A DNA stretch of 62,265 nt, counting the filler, from Choristocarpus tenellus KU-1152 (taxonomy: Eukaryota; Protista; Phaeophyceae), in NCBI GenBank assembly GCA_964200185.2. It is 10 parts of 10 records of this genome, joined end to end, with 100 filler letters (N's around TTAATTAATTAA, not from the genome) between each part and the next. Parts side by side here need not be neighbours in the genome. Positions count along the whole stretch, not along the records: positions 35,813 to 39,226 come from CAXNAD020020200.1; positions 39,327 to 45,091 come from CAXNAD020009805.1; positions 45,192 to 49,658 come from CAXNAD020014407.1; positions 49,759 to 55,673 come from CAXNAD020009427.1; 6 more parts are not named here. One strand, 5' to 3'. A program made the position numbers and the translations under genes. How positions within the stretch are numbered: position 1 is the stretch's first letter; every line of letters begins with the position of its first letter. This document shows positions 37,940 through 50,000 of the stretch, one piece after another. The notes under the pieces were generated by a model. The model ran no database searches, was not told where the DNA came from, and saw only the letters and a program-made list of their open reading frames with translations.

Positions 37940-39091
37940 GTGTTCGCGCACCCACTCTTTCACCTCCGCAAGGATGTCCTCGTCGACGCCCAGAACGAAA
38001 CGCCTCTCGTAACGCCCTTGCTCCGACACCTTGATGTGGCCCTTAGTTAGGAAGTCTCTCTCCCATTTATTCACAGTTTCCGACCTGAACATCGCATATC
38101 CTACTGCCATTTTCGAGCACGGTTTGACGGTCTTTCCCATCGTTCATACACACATACAGGATTCGCACTGTTAGAGCCTTTACCATTATATTTCGTTGTT
38201 GAGCGCTGGAAATGGGCGCCGTCCGTGTTTCCTGAGCAGGTGATATTTTATCGTCAAGGCAGGTGCTGATTTCCTTCGCCCACCGCAACCAGCCTTCCCC
38301 ACAGACTTCGTCACTGTACCACCTGGTGGTGATGGACTCGCCGCTCTCTTCCTGTTTTCCCGAGGTGGCAGTTCTTGCAGAGCAGTGCTCCGAAGTGGTT
38401 GAAGATCCAACCACGTTTGTGTGGTAATGCTTTCAATGCATCTTCTCTCAGTGTCAGTGTCGCGACCGCGCGGTCCATTTCGTGATTTGATCATGCTGCT
38501 GTGCCACACTACTCGCACTTTCTCGTCACCTAACATCGCACTAAGTTTCACACGGTACTTGTTTTTCGGTCACCTCTCGACAGACAAGTTGCCAAGGGTA
38601 GATCCAAGGGGAAGAGTGGCCTCGGTGGACCTCCTTGTCTTACCGTCGTGGTTCATGTTGATGTGTTAGTCACGTGTGTGTGTGCACACAGAAAGTCTGC
38701 AAAAGGCGTTAAAAAGATGTCCCGAGAAAGAAATTTCTGGAAATCTTGAGGTTTTTGTCTGTTTTTTTTTCGGCACAGCCTCACGGATCAAACTTGGGCA
38801 GGGAACCAACCCTAACCATTTTTCTCCAAGGAGTTCAGCCAACCACTTAATTTTTGTATCTGTTGAAGTAGTGACCTTCAAAATTGCGCCGGAGGTATTC
38901 CCCCGGGGTTTTCCATCATTTCATCGGGACATAGTTCCCGTTCCCCGAAGCCTATGTATTCATGGATACAAACCTTCAAAAAGTCTTGTAATACCCTTTC
39001 ATCTGATATATATATTGTTGTATATCTGTTGAGGCTGCACTTGAAAAAAATCAGAAAAGCCACAGAGGGTGAAGCTACTGGTACCACCTTA
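37940..39091 (-). mobile_element. Dispersed repeat carrying a decayed transposase-like N-terminal ORF (copy 1)
   Basis: Colinear in reverse complement with 60957-62265. Encodes SETVNKWERDFLTKGHIKVSEQGRYERRFVLGVDEDILAEVKEWVRE, reminiscent of the N-terminal part of fungal/stramenopile IS630-Tc1-like transposases (tentative). Confidence 0.65.
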
Positions 39092-39226
39092 TTTATGTTG
39101 CTGCAATTAGTGTACAGTACCTACCCCGATTTTGGGCCAAATATTATGAACCAAATCGAAAAGGGAAAGTTTATGAAGTAATCTGAGTTTTGTGGGCGGA
39201 AGGATTCTGGTTGGTTGGGGGCACAG

Positions 39227-39326
39227 NNNNNNNNNNNNNNNNNNNNNNNNNNNNNNNNNNNNNNNNNNNNTTAATTAATTAANNNNNNNNNNNNNNNNNN
39301 NNNNNNNNNNNNNNNNNNNNNNNNNN
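39227..39326. other. Artificial contig linker
   Basis: 44N-TTAATTAATTAA-44N. Confidence 0.97.
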
Positions 39327-39440
39327 TGGGTGATTTGGTTCCATACGTTGGATGGATAATGAAAGTGCACTTTTCCTGGTTTTGGTCCAAATGGACTCTC
39401 TGGTGTAGACCCCCCCCTCCCCCCCCCGATACTTTGGATC
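39327..39440 (-). mobile_element. MITE family B, partial
   Basis: Reverse complement of the family B left half, ending CCCCGATACTTTGGATC. Confidence 0.85.
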
Positions 39441-39630
39441 TTTTTACGACATTTTGCTACTCCAAACTGTTGAGGAGTAGGTAAAATGTATACATAATGA
39501 AAATTTTTGTCCGAAACGTAGATATTGACACTTCCTAAACAAACACGATGCCAAAAAATACATCAAAATCGCAACATTGGATTTTGAACCCCAAACGGAC
39601 GCGGCTCTACCCTCTAAGATAATTTTGCTC
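39441..39630 (-). mobile_element. MITE family A, partial (abutted or interrupted by the family B copy)
   Basis: CATTTTGCTACTCC...GGACGCGGCTCTACCCTCTAAGATAATTTTGCTC. Confidence 0.85.
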
Positions 39631-40869
39631 TCTGCTTCAGCACCGAGCTCTTCTTCACAGGTAGGTCAATGCAGGTCAAACTCTGGACAAGCAGCAAAAT
39701 GTACAACCTTCCTCGTGACAGAGTATGATGTGCTTCTCGCAATGACAATACCATCCATGATCTGTAGCACCTCCCACCAGCTAACCGTTGGAACTACCAC
39801 AGGAGATTCACTCACCTGGCACTGCTCCGTTGCGAAGTTTATCCATAGTGGGATTACGGTCCAGGAAAGGGCACAAGAGATAATCGAGAGACACTTTGAA
39901 GTTTATCATAATGTGTAGTTAGAACGTGTTTCCTCCAGCATGAGTCTGACGCAAAGGTTCAGCGGTCATCTCATTCTCTGCTCCATAATAGTGCAAGTTT
40001 CAGAGTCTGTTGTCATCATCGTGGTTAATCATGTCTAAAATCAAGGGGGTCACCATAACTCAAGCACGGTAAGGCCCTCCAGGGATTGTAGTTGTCAGGA
40101 GAGTTTTTATATCCTGACATCTGTCGACAATACTATTTTTAACTTGTCCTCTCTCTTACCCATCCTCGTCCTTTCTGTCAGCCATGTGGTCCTTCCTTGC
40201 TCTCGCGAAAACTGTGATGCGCCCCAGAAGTGAGAATTGACATTTCATGGCAAAAAAAAGCAGATGTGTACCGACTAAATGATGTGTTAATTGTACTAAA
40301 TTCCCCATCTTCGTGATGTTGCATGCAATGTGCTATCATTCTTTAATAAAGCACAAACAGTTGATTATCAATTTCATAATTTGGGGACTATCCCACACCA
40401 TGCTCAGAAAAGCTATGCACTGCAGCATCTTCTCACACTACAAAACTGGATGTAAATACGACTTATCCCTTTATGTTCAGATATCTCACTGCATGTTGCT
40501 CCCCTCCTCCCTTGCATCTTGTCTCGGACCCGCCTTAGCATTGCTGTGTAGTTAGGCCTTGCCACACCGTTTTGGGTTTCCAACATTTTAGTGGTAAAAT
40601 GCAGACATGTAGGATCGTGCAAGGGTGTACAGTCGGTAGTGCCCGCCCCATAGGTAGACCTCGGGATAATCGTAGCTATATTTCCTAGAAGAGAAGTAGG
40701 GGGAGGATCGACCCCCAAAAATTAATGCAAAACACTATCAGCAACACTATCAAGAACGCTATACACTAATTTGTGAACTATGATGATGCTCCCTCATAAA
40801 TATTAAAAAATATGTCACGCACACGATAATTTGAACAATATAATAATTCCACTCTAAAGCATTATCCAA

Positions 40870-41033
40870 CGCAGCCACTGCTCATTACCGGGAAAGGATC
40901 TTTTGCTGGACTGCCAACTGCAGGACTTGTCTATGAACAACAGCGTGGCAGGTATCTGCTGCAGCTGAGGCCCAGAAACACAATCACCTCGGTGAATCTT
41001 TTTATCCTCATAGTCTTAAACCTCAAAACCTTC
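40870..41033 (+). mobile_element. CRE-like non-LTR fragment
   Basis: GCTGCAGCTGAGGCCCAGAAACACAATCAC...CCTCATAGT...AACCTCAAAACCTT (AAAEAQKHNH...NLKTF), homologous to 53535-53615. Confidence 0.5.
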
Positions 41034-41104
41034 CTTTGTAGATAGGTGTGGGTGTCTTGATACACAACCAGAGCAATTCCTGTAATAGCTGGGTGTCCCA
41101 ACAA

Positions 41105-42608
41105 CTAGTGTTATGCTGACGTTGTGTGTGCTGATACAAGCATATAATACAGTTCCATGTACATTTATCTTTAGTTCGGTACGACAGAGTAGAAACGGAC
41201 ATTATGGGAGTCAAATTATCTTAGAGGGTAGAGCCGTGTCCGTTTGGGGGCCGAAATTCAATGTTGCGATTCTGGTGCAATTTTGGTCATCGTGTTTGTT
41301 ATAAAGTGTAAACATCCTTGTTCCGGACACAACGTTTCGTAACATATACATATTACCTATTCCGAAACATTTCGGAGTAGGAAAATGTCATAAAAACTCG
41401 TGGGAAGTCAATCTCCAAACGGACAAACAGGGAAAAACTAGTACGCTCTAAGATACTTTCTCTCATGGTATGAGGAACCGGTCTTTGTCCATATAAGTCA
41501 GAGATATTGGATGGGTCAGACAAAGGGTAATTGGAAAATTAATATCACAATTGTATGTTAATCATGTAACCCACCAGCAGCTCATGGCGACGAGCCTTTC
41601 CTGCGTGAACCTATTCAACACGCTTTACCTAGGTTGCAGAAAATGTTGATGAAGTTAATATTGCCCACTCGAAGAGGGTCGTCCCTATGCTCCAATGCTT
41701 GGTCAATGTCGCCTTTTGCGCCCAAGAAAGCACGAGTTGTGGCGAACCAGTCAGCATAATTGTCATCAGGCAATTGATGGAGTTTGGTGTGAAGACTTTC
41801 TAGCCCCATCCATGAGTGATGTTCCCAACCCAAATCTCTCCAGCTCCAGCTGCGCCTCCTCTAGCTAGATAATATTTCCTGTGCGAAGCTATTCCACACT
41901 CTTAAGCACCATATCAAATATGCTCTAGATAGAGGAGACGCAGCTGGAGCTGGAGTGGTTTAGATTGGTAACACCACTCATGAGCTTAGACGGCCTTCAC
42001 ATCAAAAATTTTCAACTATCTGCTAACTGGTTCGCCACAATGTGTACTTTCTTGAGTCGAAAGGCGACAATAACTTCAAGGGGGAGGGTCCGAGTAAGAT
42101 GAGGTTGTAAAGGCCAAGAAACCATACGACTTCCTGCTAAGGAGCACCAACGGCTTCTACAGTTGTATTGTTTTGTTGTTGCTGCGAACCAGAGGGTAGA
42201 TGTGTTAACCAAGAATTTGTCAGTAACAACTTTTAGACAATGCATGCAGTTTTTGATAATATGTAGAGGGATAACATGTATGTTTCCTTTTTTTTGTTTT
42301 GTTAGAGAGTTAGTGCTGCTTGTTTTCAGCAAGGGGAGGATCGCAATATCTAGTTATATGCTTACGTTGTGCGTGCTGATACAAGCATATAACACAGTTC
42401 CATGTACTTTGTATCTTTAGTTCGCCACAATACAGAGTAGTAACATACATATCAGTATGGTGAGTCAGTCTTTGGTCAAATGTCAGAGATAATGGATGAC
42501 TAAGACAAAAAAGGTTATTGGATAATTAATAGTGCACAGTGTATGTTAATCATGTAGCCCACCAGTTGGTTGTGGAGATGAGTCTTTCCGGTGCAAAGCT
42601 ATTCAACA
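41105..42608 (-). mobile_element. Element bounded by ~260-bp direct repeats (LTR-like) with an inverted-duplicated gag-like segment
   Basis: Direct repeats at 41105-41620 (with MITE) and 42350-42608, both starting TGTTGAATAG on the minus strand. Internal KLHQLPDDNYADWFATTRAFLG resembles a Copia Gag N-terminus. No PBS or TSD identified. Confidence 0.5.
41208..41464 (+). mobile_element. MITE family A, full copy
   Basis: GAGTCAAATTATCTTAGAGGGTA...TACGCTCTAAGATACTTTCTCTC, flanked by ATGG on both sides. The paralogous repeat at ~42440-42470 lacks it. Confidence 0.92.
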
Positions 42609-45091
42609 TTGGAGACTGAAGCGGTGGGAGTGGTAGGGGACGTGGGGGGCACTGTAGGAAAGGAGCAGTGATTGTGTGCCTGTGACAAATTTTGTCCTGT
42701 CACAGCACAAGCGGTGATCTCAAGACATGTTGAATTTCAAACTAGAGACACTGGTTCGGTGGGCGACACAGGGTTTGACAGACTCGTGAGACGCTCCCCT
42801 TGTGTCTAGACCGTCTTTGGAAGTTCCAGTTTTGGAGCTGTTTGGCTGTATATGTACTGGCAGGTTTCTTGTTTTCTTGTTTTGAAATACTCTGCAATAT
42901 CTCGCTGGTGTGTGTCAGAGGGTATACAATGTAAGGAGTATATGGTGCTATTGTTACTGTTGCTGTGTTAATGGAATTCTCTGTCTTTCATAGTTCTTCT
43001 CATCTCCTCCATGACAACATCTGTTTTGCACAATGTCATTGGGCATAGTATAATAATATTATTCCATTAACTTCAGTCTGGGGACTATCTCGATCTATGG
43101 TGAGAGGTAGTACTACTGCACACTTCACTCCTTCTCATTCCAACTAGAATGCAAACTACAACCTGTTTAAAATAGAAAACAAAGTAGCGATGGTTGGGCC
43201 AATGGAATTGGGTACGTCACCTCTGTGGGGCCATCAAATCAGGCATCAACAGAAACGTTTCAGACTAAACTCCTACCAAGTCCTTTATACCTGAAATGGG
43301 TGGTGTTGGGCTCAAGGGAGATACGCAAGACAAAGACGACCTAGTGATTATCCGTATATGGTCATAAACATAAAAGACTGGCAGAGGTGGGCCCTAATGT
43401 GTGGCCACAACGGAAACAACAACGTAAAAGGAAAAAAAAAATGGAAGTCGGATCCTTCAACAGAAGTAAATATCCTACATCAAAGTTTATACAGGCATTA
43501 ATGAAACCACCGTATGGGAGTTGCACTCTCTGACACAAAACCAGTCAATAGTGTAGGGTAGAGGGGGTGAAAGTTTAAGCTGAAGGATCGGTGTTTGGTT
43601 TTGAAAAAATAATATTATGGATATTGGGTCCTGCACAAACTAACTACCTTCTTCATGTAGTGTACCTGTATTGTGAAGAAACTAGTTGGGTTTACAGGGT
43701 GGAATGCCAGGGAAATGGGTTAAGGAACTTTTTTACTAGTACTGTACTATATGCTCTGCTTCTGTGAGTATCAATATAGGGATGGAAGCTGTGCCCTGCA
43801 TGAATTTCGCGGGTTCGGACCCCATGGAGACCAGTCTTATTGGATACGATCATAAACATTCCATGCAGCAAGAACTCGAGGTGGTACATGTACCTGTACT
43901 ATTAATATCCTTACTCTACCAATCGTATGTCGTTATACTACAAAACAACGGACCAAGAATGAGGTGACTAGGCTTCATTCATTGCCGATCGACCGCAAGT
44001 CCAGGAATGGATTCTGGGAGGAGGAACGGGGAATGGTGGAATAGTTGAGCCCAAATATGCGAGAGATTCAAGGCACGGACAGAAGTAGTGCAACTATTGC
44101 TAGTAGTGCAACAACACTTGGTTGCAATAGTAGCAGTTAGTTGTAGTTAGTATGACGAGTAGTAGTACAGTGTGTCGTGTCTCTTTCTTGCCACGGGTGG
44201 GGATAAAACCCACATTACTTTTGAAGCACAAAGAAATAAGAAATTATATCTTGAGTAGTGGTGGTGGTGAATAACTTGTTGTGTCTGCTGTTGTGTTATG
44301 GGACCACAACTAATTTTATTATCGCACACTACTGGGTCCGTTCCTTCTTCCATATCTCTGTGTGGGGTTTAGCGATCTCACATCTTTCTTCCCTTCTTAC
44401 AGTATGAACCCGACTTAGTGAGTGGTGTTTTTATGTCATGCGACTAGACAACAAAAAGGTGACTCCAAGCCATCTGTTTCTTCCAGTTGAGCTTGGATAG
44501 ATTCGATTGGTGAACACAGAAGAAATAAGCACCTTGTTTGTCGAATAGACTGCTCTATGAAAGACCATACAATAAATATATTTTGGTTGATAAATATGCT
44601 GATTATGGTCTTCTTTTTGTAACTATTATAAGAATGTTTTATTTTCAGTCCGCCATACGATAAGTCTCGGAGTCCCTCTATAACTAATGTGAAAGTTATT
44701 TAGGGAGAGCCTGTTTCTGTTGTGGGTCTCAGCCAGGATTTCTTTGCAACGTTGATGTTATTGATGGTAGTTGTGAGTGTGTGAGAATAAGTGTATGAGA
44801 ACCCCTCATTATATTCGTGCGAACTGTGATGTGTTGGACTTTAGGGGGAAGATTAAAGCGTATACTTTTACTCGTATAGAAGATCCAATATTCAGACCTC
44901 TTCAACCACAAACAAACTACACAAACACATCCAAGTATCAAGTTTCAAACCCTTTGGTTTGCGCGCCGATCATTGGGGTAGAATTCAAATATATATGTTT
45001 GCGCGCGCAAACCTTCAGACACATAAGGGATTGTCCCTCACCTTCTGTGTGACGGGTGAAGGGGGGGTGAGGGGGGGGGTAAAGCCCGTAC

Positions 45092-45191
45092 NNNNNNNNN
45101 NNNNNNNNNNNNNNNNNNNNNNNNNNNNNNNNNNNTTAATTAATTAANNNNNNNNNNNNNNNNNNNNNNNNNNNNNNNNNNNNNNNNNNNN
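45092..45191. other. Artificial contig linker
   Basis: 44N-TTAATTAATTAA-44N. Confidence 0.97.
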
Positions 45192-45329
45192 GGATAGGCG
45201 TGAGGCCGATATGTCAGCCCGTTTCACCACGTTTCGTGGAGAAACAGGGCGTGTTTCCAGTAGTGCTAGAGCGCAAGCTGTACATCACCGCCATCATACA
45301 TGCAAGTTGCAACCCAAAAACCAACACTA

Positions 45330-47125
45330 AATACCACGCAGCTAGTTACTTGGTGGCCGCTATTCCGCGAGTAGATTGCAAGTAGGTCATCTCAAGATGA
45401 AACCTATGCGTGCTGGATGATGCAAACCCCCACGTGATCTAGGCAGTTGTGGTACTTGTCAATAAGCCTTGTGAGGGCAAGGTGGGTGGCTGTGCAGACA
45501 AGGTTACAACCTGCGCGAACAATGATGTCTGTCATTAGTTGGCAAATAGTACTCTGCTTACTTACGCATTGTTTACTTGGAGCTAAAAAGAGGGGTAATG
45601 CAATGTATTTTTGCGATGTAGAGCAAATACACCCGACTGACTGATATACATGTCTGTCGGTTTCCCTCCTCCTTTATTAGCTCTTACGCTCCTCTCGCCC
45701 TTCCGAAGCTGAGGCATACAAGGGCAGGGGAGCACAGCGCATCATCAGTTAATCGACTGTTCACCAGGCCTACGGCATCTATAGGCAAATCGTGCAAGGA
45801 TGTACTCTTCCTCGCGTATCTAACCTGCGGTGGGTCCCCTCACCATGACAGTCAATCAAGTGGTGCGTGCGCAACCAAGGTATCTATTCAGTCGTGTGAT
45901 TGTTGTGCCACAACCCACAATACGTACCTCCTCCGAGATTTTGAGGGTAAAGAACACCTCCGCGAACTGGCCTTCGACGTGTGCGGCCATGATCTTCTGG
46001 CGCTCGGAGTAGCCCCTGATAACAAGGACATGCACCAAAGAAAAGTGTAAAGAAAGGTGTTACGGGGTGCCATCATCATGATGAACGGAATAGGTAGTGG
46101 TATTATGTACGTCTGTTTTGGCGGTTATTTCTTAGGAATTTGCACTCACTTGTTGAATAAAACAGGATGGTCTATTCTCTTCTGCGTGCGGCTGCAGTTG
46201 ACAAATGGACTATGCGTGCGTGTGGTTACCTGTCACCGCCGTAGGTAGGTGGGTAAAGTGCTGGGAGGGCGTGGGATGTCTGTTTCGCCGCGTCTACAGA
46301 CATTAACACGAAGTCGAGATGTTTACCGTCGGCTTTGGTCCGCATGGCGCTGCTGGTGTTGTTGGTGTTGTTGGCGATGACCAGCCGATCCACTTGGATA
46401 ATCTGGTGAACAGGGGAGAGCAACATCACGTCTATAAATCAAATAAATCTGCTTAGAGGTGTAAAAAAATGGCCACTTGTTAACACGTACCAGGTATACA
46501 AAAATCGAGTGTAGGTAACAATAAATGTTCGTCTTTGATCCTATTTTTTACTGTTGCATCCAAGGCAAAGACCGTATTATCGGCACGGGAGCAAGTAAGT
46601 ACGTACGTAGGGGGCCGGAAGACCGCAACATGACATGTCCCTCCCACAGTCCGTTGTAGACGACCAGGAAACAGTCCATCCCACAAGGTGTTTGGACAAC
46701 TAATAACAACAGTTTTGCGCTGAGTGAGGCTGCTGCTGCTGCCATAAGCACCTGCATCGGAGTCTTCATTCGCAAAAGGCAACAGATGTTGTTCCCAATG
46801 GAGGGCAATGACGGCGACATGTTGCTACTGTACGATTGTCGCAAAATTAACGCTGGACACCTACGCTTCGATGGTCTGACAGCTCCTTGTCGATGGACTC
46901 AAGGACGGTGGAGTCGTTCGTGGGTTTTACACCAGGCGCACCGTGCCGCTTTTCTTTTAACGTGACACATATGTCAAATTTCATAAATTCGCCTCCTACC
47001 CTCACCCTAATGTTGGGCCTGTTCTCTCTGAGAAATTGGAGGAAGTGCGCCTTGCTTACCCGCTTGGAAGTGTCGTCAGGATACACCCGTATTGCCTCTT
47101 TGAAAAAATCCTTGTATAGCTCCTA
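45330..47125 (-). pseudogene. Decayed, apparently spliced DNA-transposase-like gene (DUF7869/Sola-like, tentative)
   Basis: Ordered fragments: ELYKDFF...VSKAHFLQFLRENRPNIRVRVGGEFMKFDICVTLKE (F..C..C..LK-like), DFVLMSVDAAKQTSHALP (D...Q....P), QKIMAAHVEG, CTATHLALTRL. Frames are broken. Confidence 0.4.
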
Positions 47126-47714
47126 ATTTATAATGTTGTTTGTGTGGACAAGTGAGGAATTATTGAGAAGGAACACTCGAAGAACACCACTGCATGATCT
47201 CTCGAAGGCGGGATGACCAATAACTTAACTGACAACACGGAAGACAGGATCAAGCAAGCTTACATCGTGCGTAATGAAAGAGCAAATAGAATGATCTTCG
47301 TACATCTGCCACGAGCGCCATTCTCTTCGGATCTCGCCGTCGTTTGCAGAAACGCAAAGGAGGTGAATCTACCATCATCATCATCATCATCGTGAAGTCC
47401 TTGAGACATACGAAGTACACACTTTTACTACCAAGGTCAGACCGGGCCTGGGGCCGCAGAGTAGGTGTATACAGCGGTGACATAACAGTTACTGTGCCTT
47501 TCTCCATAAAAGCGACGAAGAGTATCATCATCATCATTGTAGTCTCAACATTACAAAGAAAAAAAATAGTATTTTGTACGAAGCTTCACATTTTTTAACC
47601 AAAATCTCAGACCGGTCAAAGTAATAACCACCCACCACTTGAAATACTCCTTCGATCCACTTCTTCTACGTACTGCTGGGTCACACGGTTTGTAACTAAC
47701 TCCAACACAGGGTG

Positions 47715-48348
47715 CGATACCCTCTAATTGTTTTGAATATACAATCTAATATTGTTCAACATTTGCATAAAAATACAAATGTCGACGGAAAGCGAACTTT
47801 GAGTTTCGGGCGATCCGTCGGACCACCCTGAAATCCATGAATCGGAAAATACATGCATTATGGTTTTTAGAAATTATTAATTCGATTATATCCGTAATTT
47901 CAATAAATAAAAATACAAAGCACATACTTAATTGATCTTACACGTTTCAAATGTTCCTAAACTAAAAGATCACAAAAACTGATATTCTTTATCTGTTTTA
48001 AATACGAAATCGTATACTGTTCGATATTCATATTTTTTGGAACAAAATTATCAACGGAAAGAGAAACTGAGTTCTTTGGGCACCGACCGACCAGCCTGAA
48101 ATCCATGTTCTTGAAAATACGTGTATTCTGGTTTTTATGAAATAAATATCAACAAGTACAAATACAAACCACACACTTCGTTGATGTAATACGTTTGAAA
48201 TGTTCCGAAACGAAAAGGTCACAAAAACTGATACTCTATCTGTTTTAAATATGAAATCGTATACTGTTCGATATTCATATTTTTTGGAACACAGTGATCA
48301 ATGGAAAGAGATGTCTGAGTTCTTTGGGCACTGACTGACCAGATGAAA
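47715..48348. repeat. AT-rich tandem repeat, ~250-270-bp unit, about 2.4 copies
   Basis: GAAATCGTATACTGTTCGATATTCATATTTTTTGGAACA...GAGTTCTTTGGGCAC at ~48006 and ~48253, with a more diverged copy at ~47740-47830. Confidence 0.85.
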
Positions 48349-48457
48349 TAAAGCAGCACCTCCCAGCTCTCACTCCTCGTTTCCATTCCGTCTCTTCCGC
48401 AAATACCACCAGCAGCTCTTTCTTATCTATCCCCGTCACAGCTTCCCAATCTTCGCC

Positions 48458-49282
48458 ATGTCCAACATTCGCTCAACAATGACCCCCCTGCACGCCAATG
48501 GCACTGCCCACGGATCGAGAGCGTCGGACAGCAATGCCAAGGGCAAGTGTCCCCTGAGCAAGCATGGCCTTGCGTGCACCAGCAAGTCTGTCCGTGAAAA
48601 AGGTTGGCTCGAGCAGTTTGCTTCGTCCATCGTCATCCAACGAGACTGCTTAGGCAACGGGGACCAGCTCACCGCCGACATTGCGCTTGCCGCTCAAGGA
48701 CGAACATTGGGAGGAAACCATAGAATAACGGTGTTGAAGAGAGAGTTTGATCACGAACGCGCTTTCATGATGCGGGTCTACATGGAGTTCAACCAAGCAG
48801 AAGAGAGGCTAATTGCTGACGGTGAGTGATGGAGTGTTGTTGTTGTTCCATGATCGCCTGACTTTTCTGATCAACTAAACAACTAAGTAAGTTAAGTGTT
48901 GTCGTTGTTCCATGATCGCCTGATGAATCTTCTGATCTACTAAGTTATTGCTTCGTTTCCTTTGTTTGGTTCATCGTCAGTCAGCCCGTTGTTGATCTTT
49001 TCGTTGTTGATCTTTTTTGTCCCTTGTGGTCTTTCTGTCAGCAGCAACATGTTGCTCACTACTGCCTGCCGCATGTGTCCCGCGACCGCTTCCCACCTAC
49101 CCCTTGCCCCGTTCGCGCACTGCACCGCCACCCTTATAGCATTCAACGATGCGACCGAGAGTGTGGTTGAGCGCACGCTGTACAATAAGGTATATTTTCA
49201 GCACGAGCTCGAAGAAGCTATCAAGCGCCAGACGAAGAAGAAAGAAGTGTCACTCGCAGAGATCCGCAAAATGTACGAAAAG
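48458..49282 (+). CDS. Hypothetical protein, at least 2 exons, 3' end not found
   Basis: Exon 48458-48821 ends G|GTGAGT. Exon 49140-49282 follows a pyrimidine-rich CCCTTATAG| and ends AAG|GTGAGG. The phase-1 join gives ...EERLIADAFNDATESVVERTLYNKVYFQHELEEAIKRQTKKKEVSLAEIRKMYEK with no stops. Confidence 0.55.
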
Positions 49283-49658
49283 GTGAGGGAGTTGTCAACG
49301 TTGGTGGGATGGTGGCGCTCTACTCCTCCTCTTGTTCGGTTACAGCTGTTGTGAAGATCTCTCTGTGTCCTCCTATTCATTCTAAGTTTAGATAGCTATC
49401 CCGCGTTTAGTAACCCTGTCAACCAAATGCTTGATTTTCGGGTGACCATGTAGTATGTGTGTGTTCAAAATCACAGACGAAGTGAACAGTTTCTTCTTTC
49501 AGCACTAGGTAGGCCAGGTCGCTGAGTATCATAGCCCCTCCACCCCCCCCTCCCCCGGGTAAGGTCCACTCCTTACCCGGACCGTTGGGGTGCTGCCTGA
49601 ATTAACAAACACACGATGCATTATTTTTTGAATCAAACCCTCTCTTTCGCGGGTAACA

Positions 49659-49758
49659 NNNNNNNNNNNNNNNNNNNNNNNNNNNNNNNNNNNNNNNNNN
49701 NNTTAATTAATTAANNNNNNNNNNNNNNNNNNNNNNNNNNNNNNNNNNNNNNNNNNNN
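49659..49758. other. Artificial contig linker
   Basis: 44N-TTAATTAATTAA-44N. Confidence 0.97.
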
Positions 49759-50000
49759 TAGAGGGTAGAGCCGCGTCCATTTGGTGACAAAATCCAATGT
49801 TGCGATTTTGATGTAATTTTGGCTATCGTGGTTGTTAGGAAGTGTCAATATCCTCGTTCTGGGCACACCTTTTCATAACTTACATATTTTACCTACTCTG
49901 AAATGTTTCGGAGAAGGTGAAATGTCATAAAATACCTGTGGGAAGCCAAGCCCCAAACGGACAAACAGGGGAAAACTCGTACCCTCTAAGATACTTTCAG
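49759..50000 (+). mobile_element. MITE family A, left tip cut by contig start
   Basis: TAGAGGGTAGAGCCGCGTCC...CGTACCCTCTAAGATACTTTCA. Confidence 0.9.

Noticed and set aside
41105-41130. Helitron 3' end (CTAG) at the direct-repeat boundary
   Set aside because: No GC-rich subterminal hairpin, and the second copy is not followed by T.
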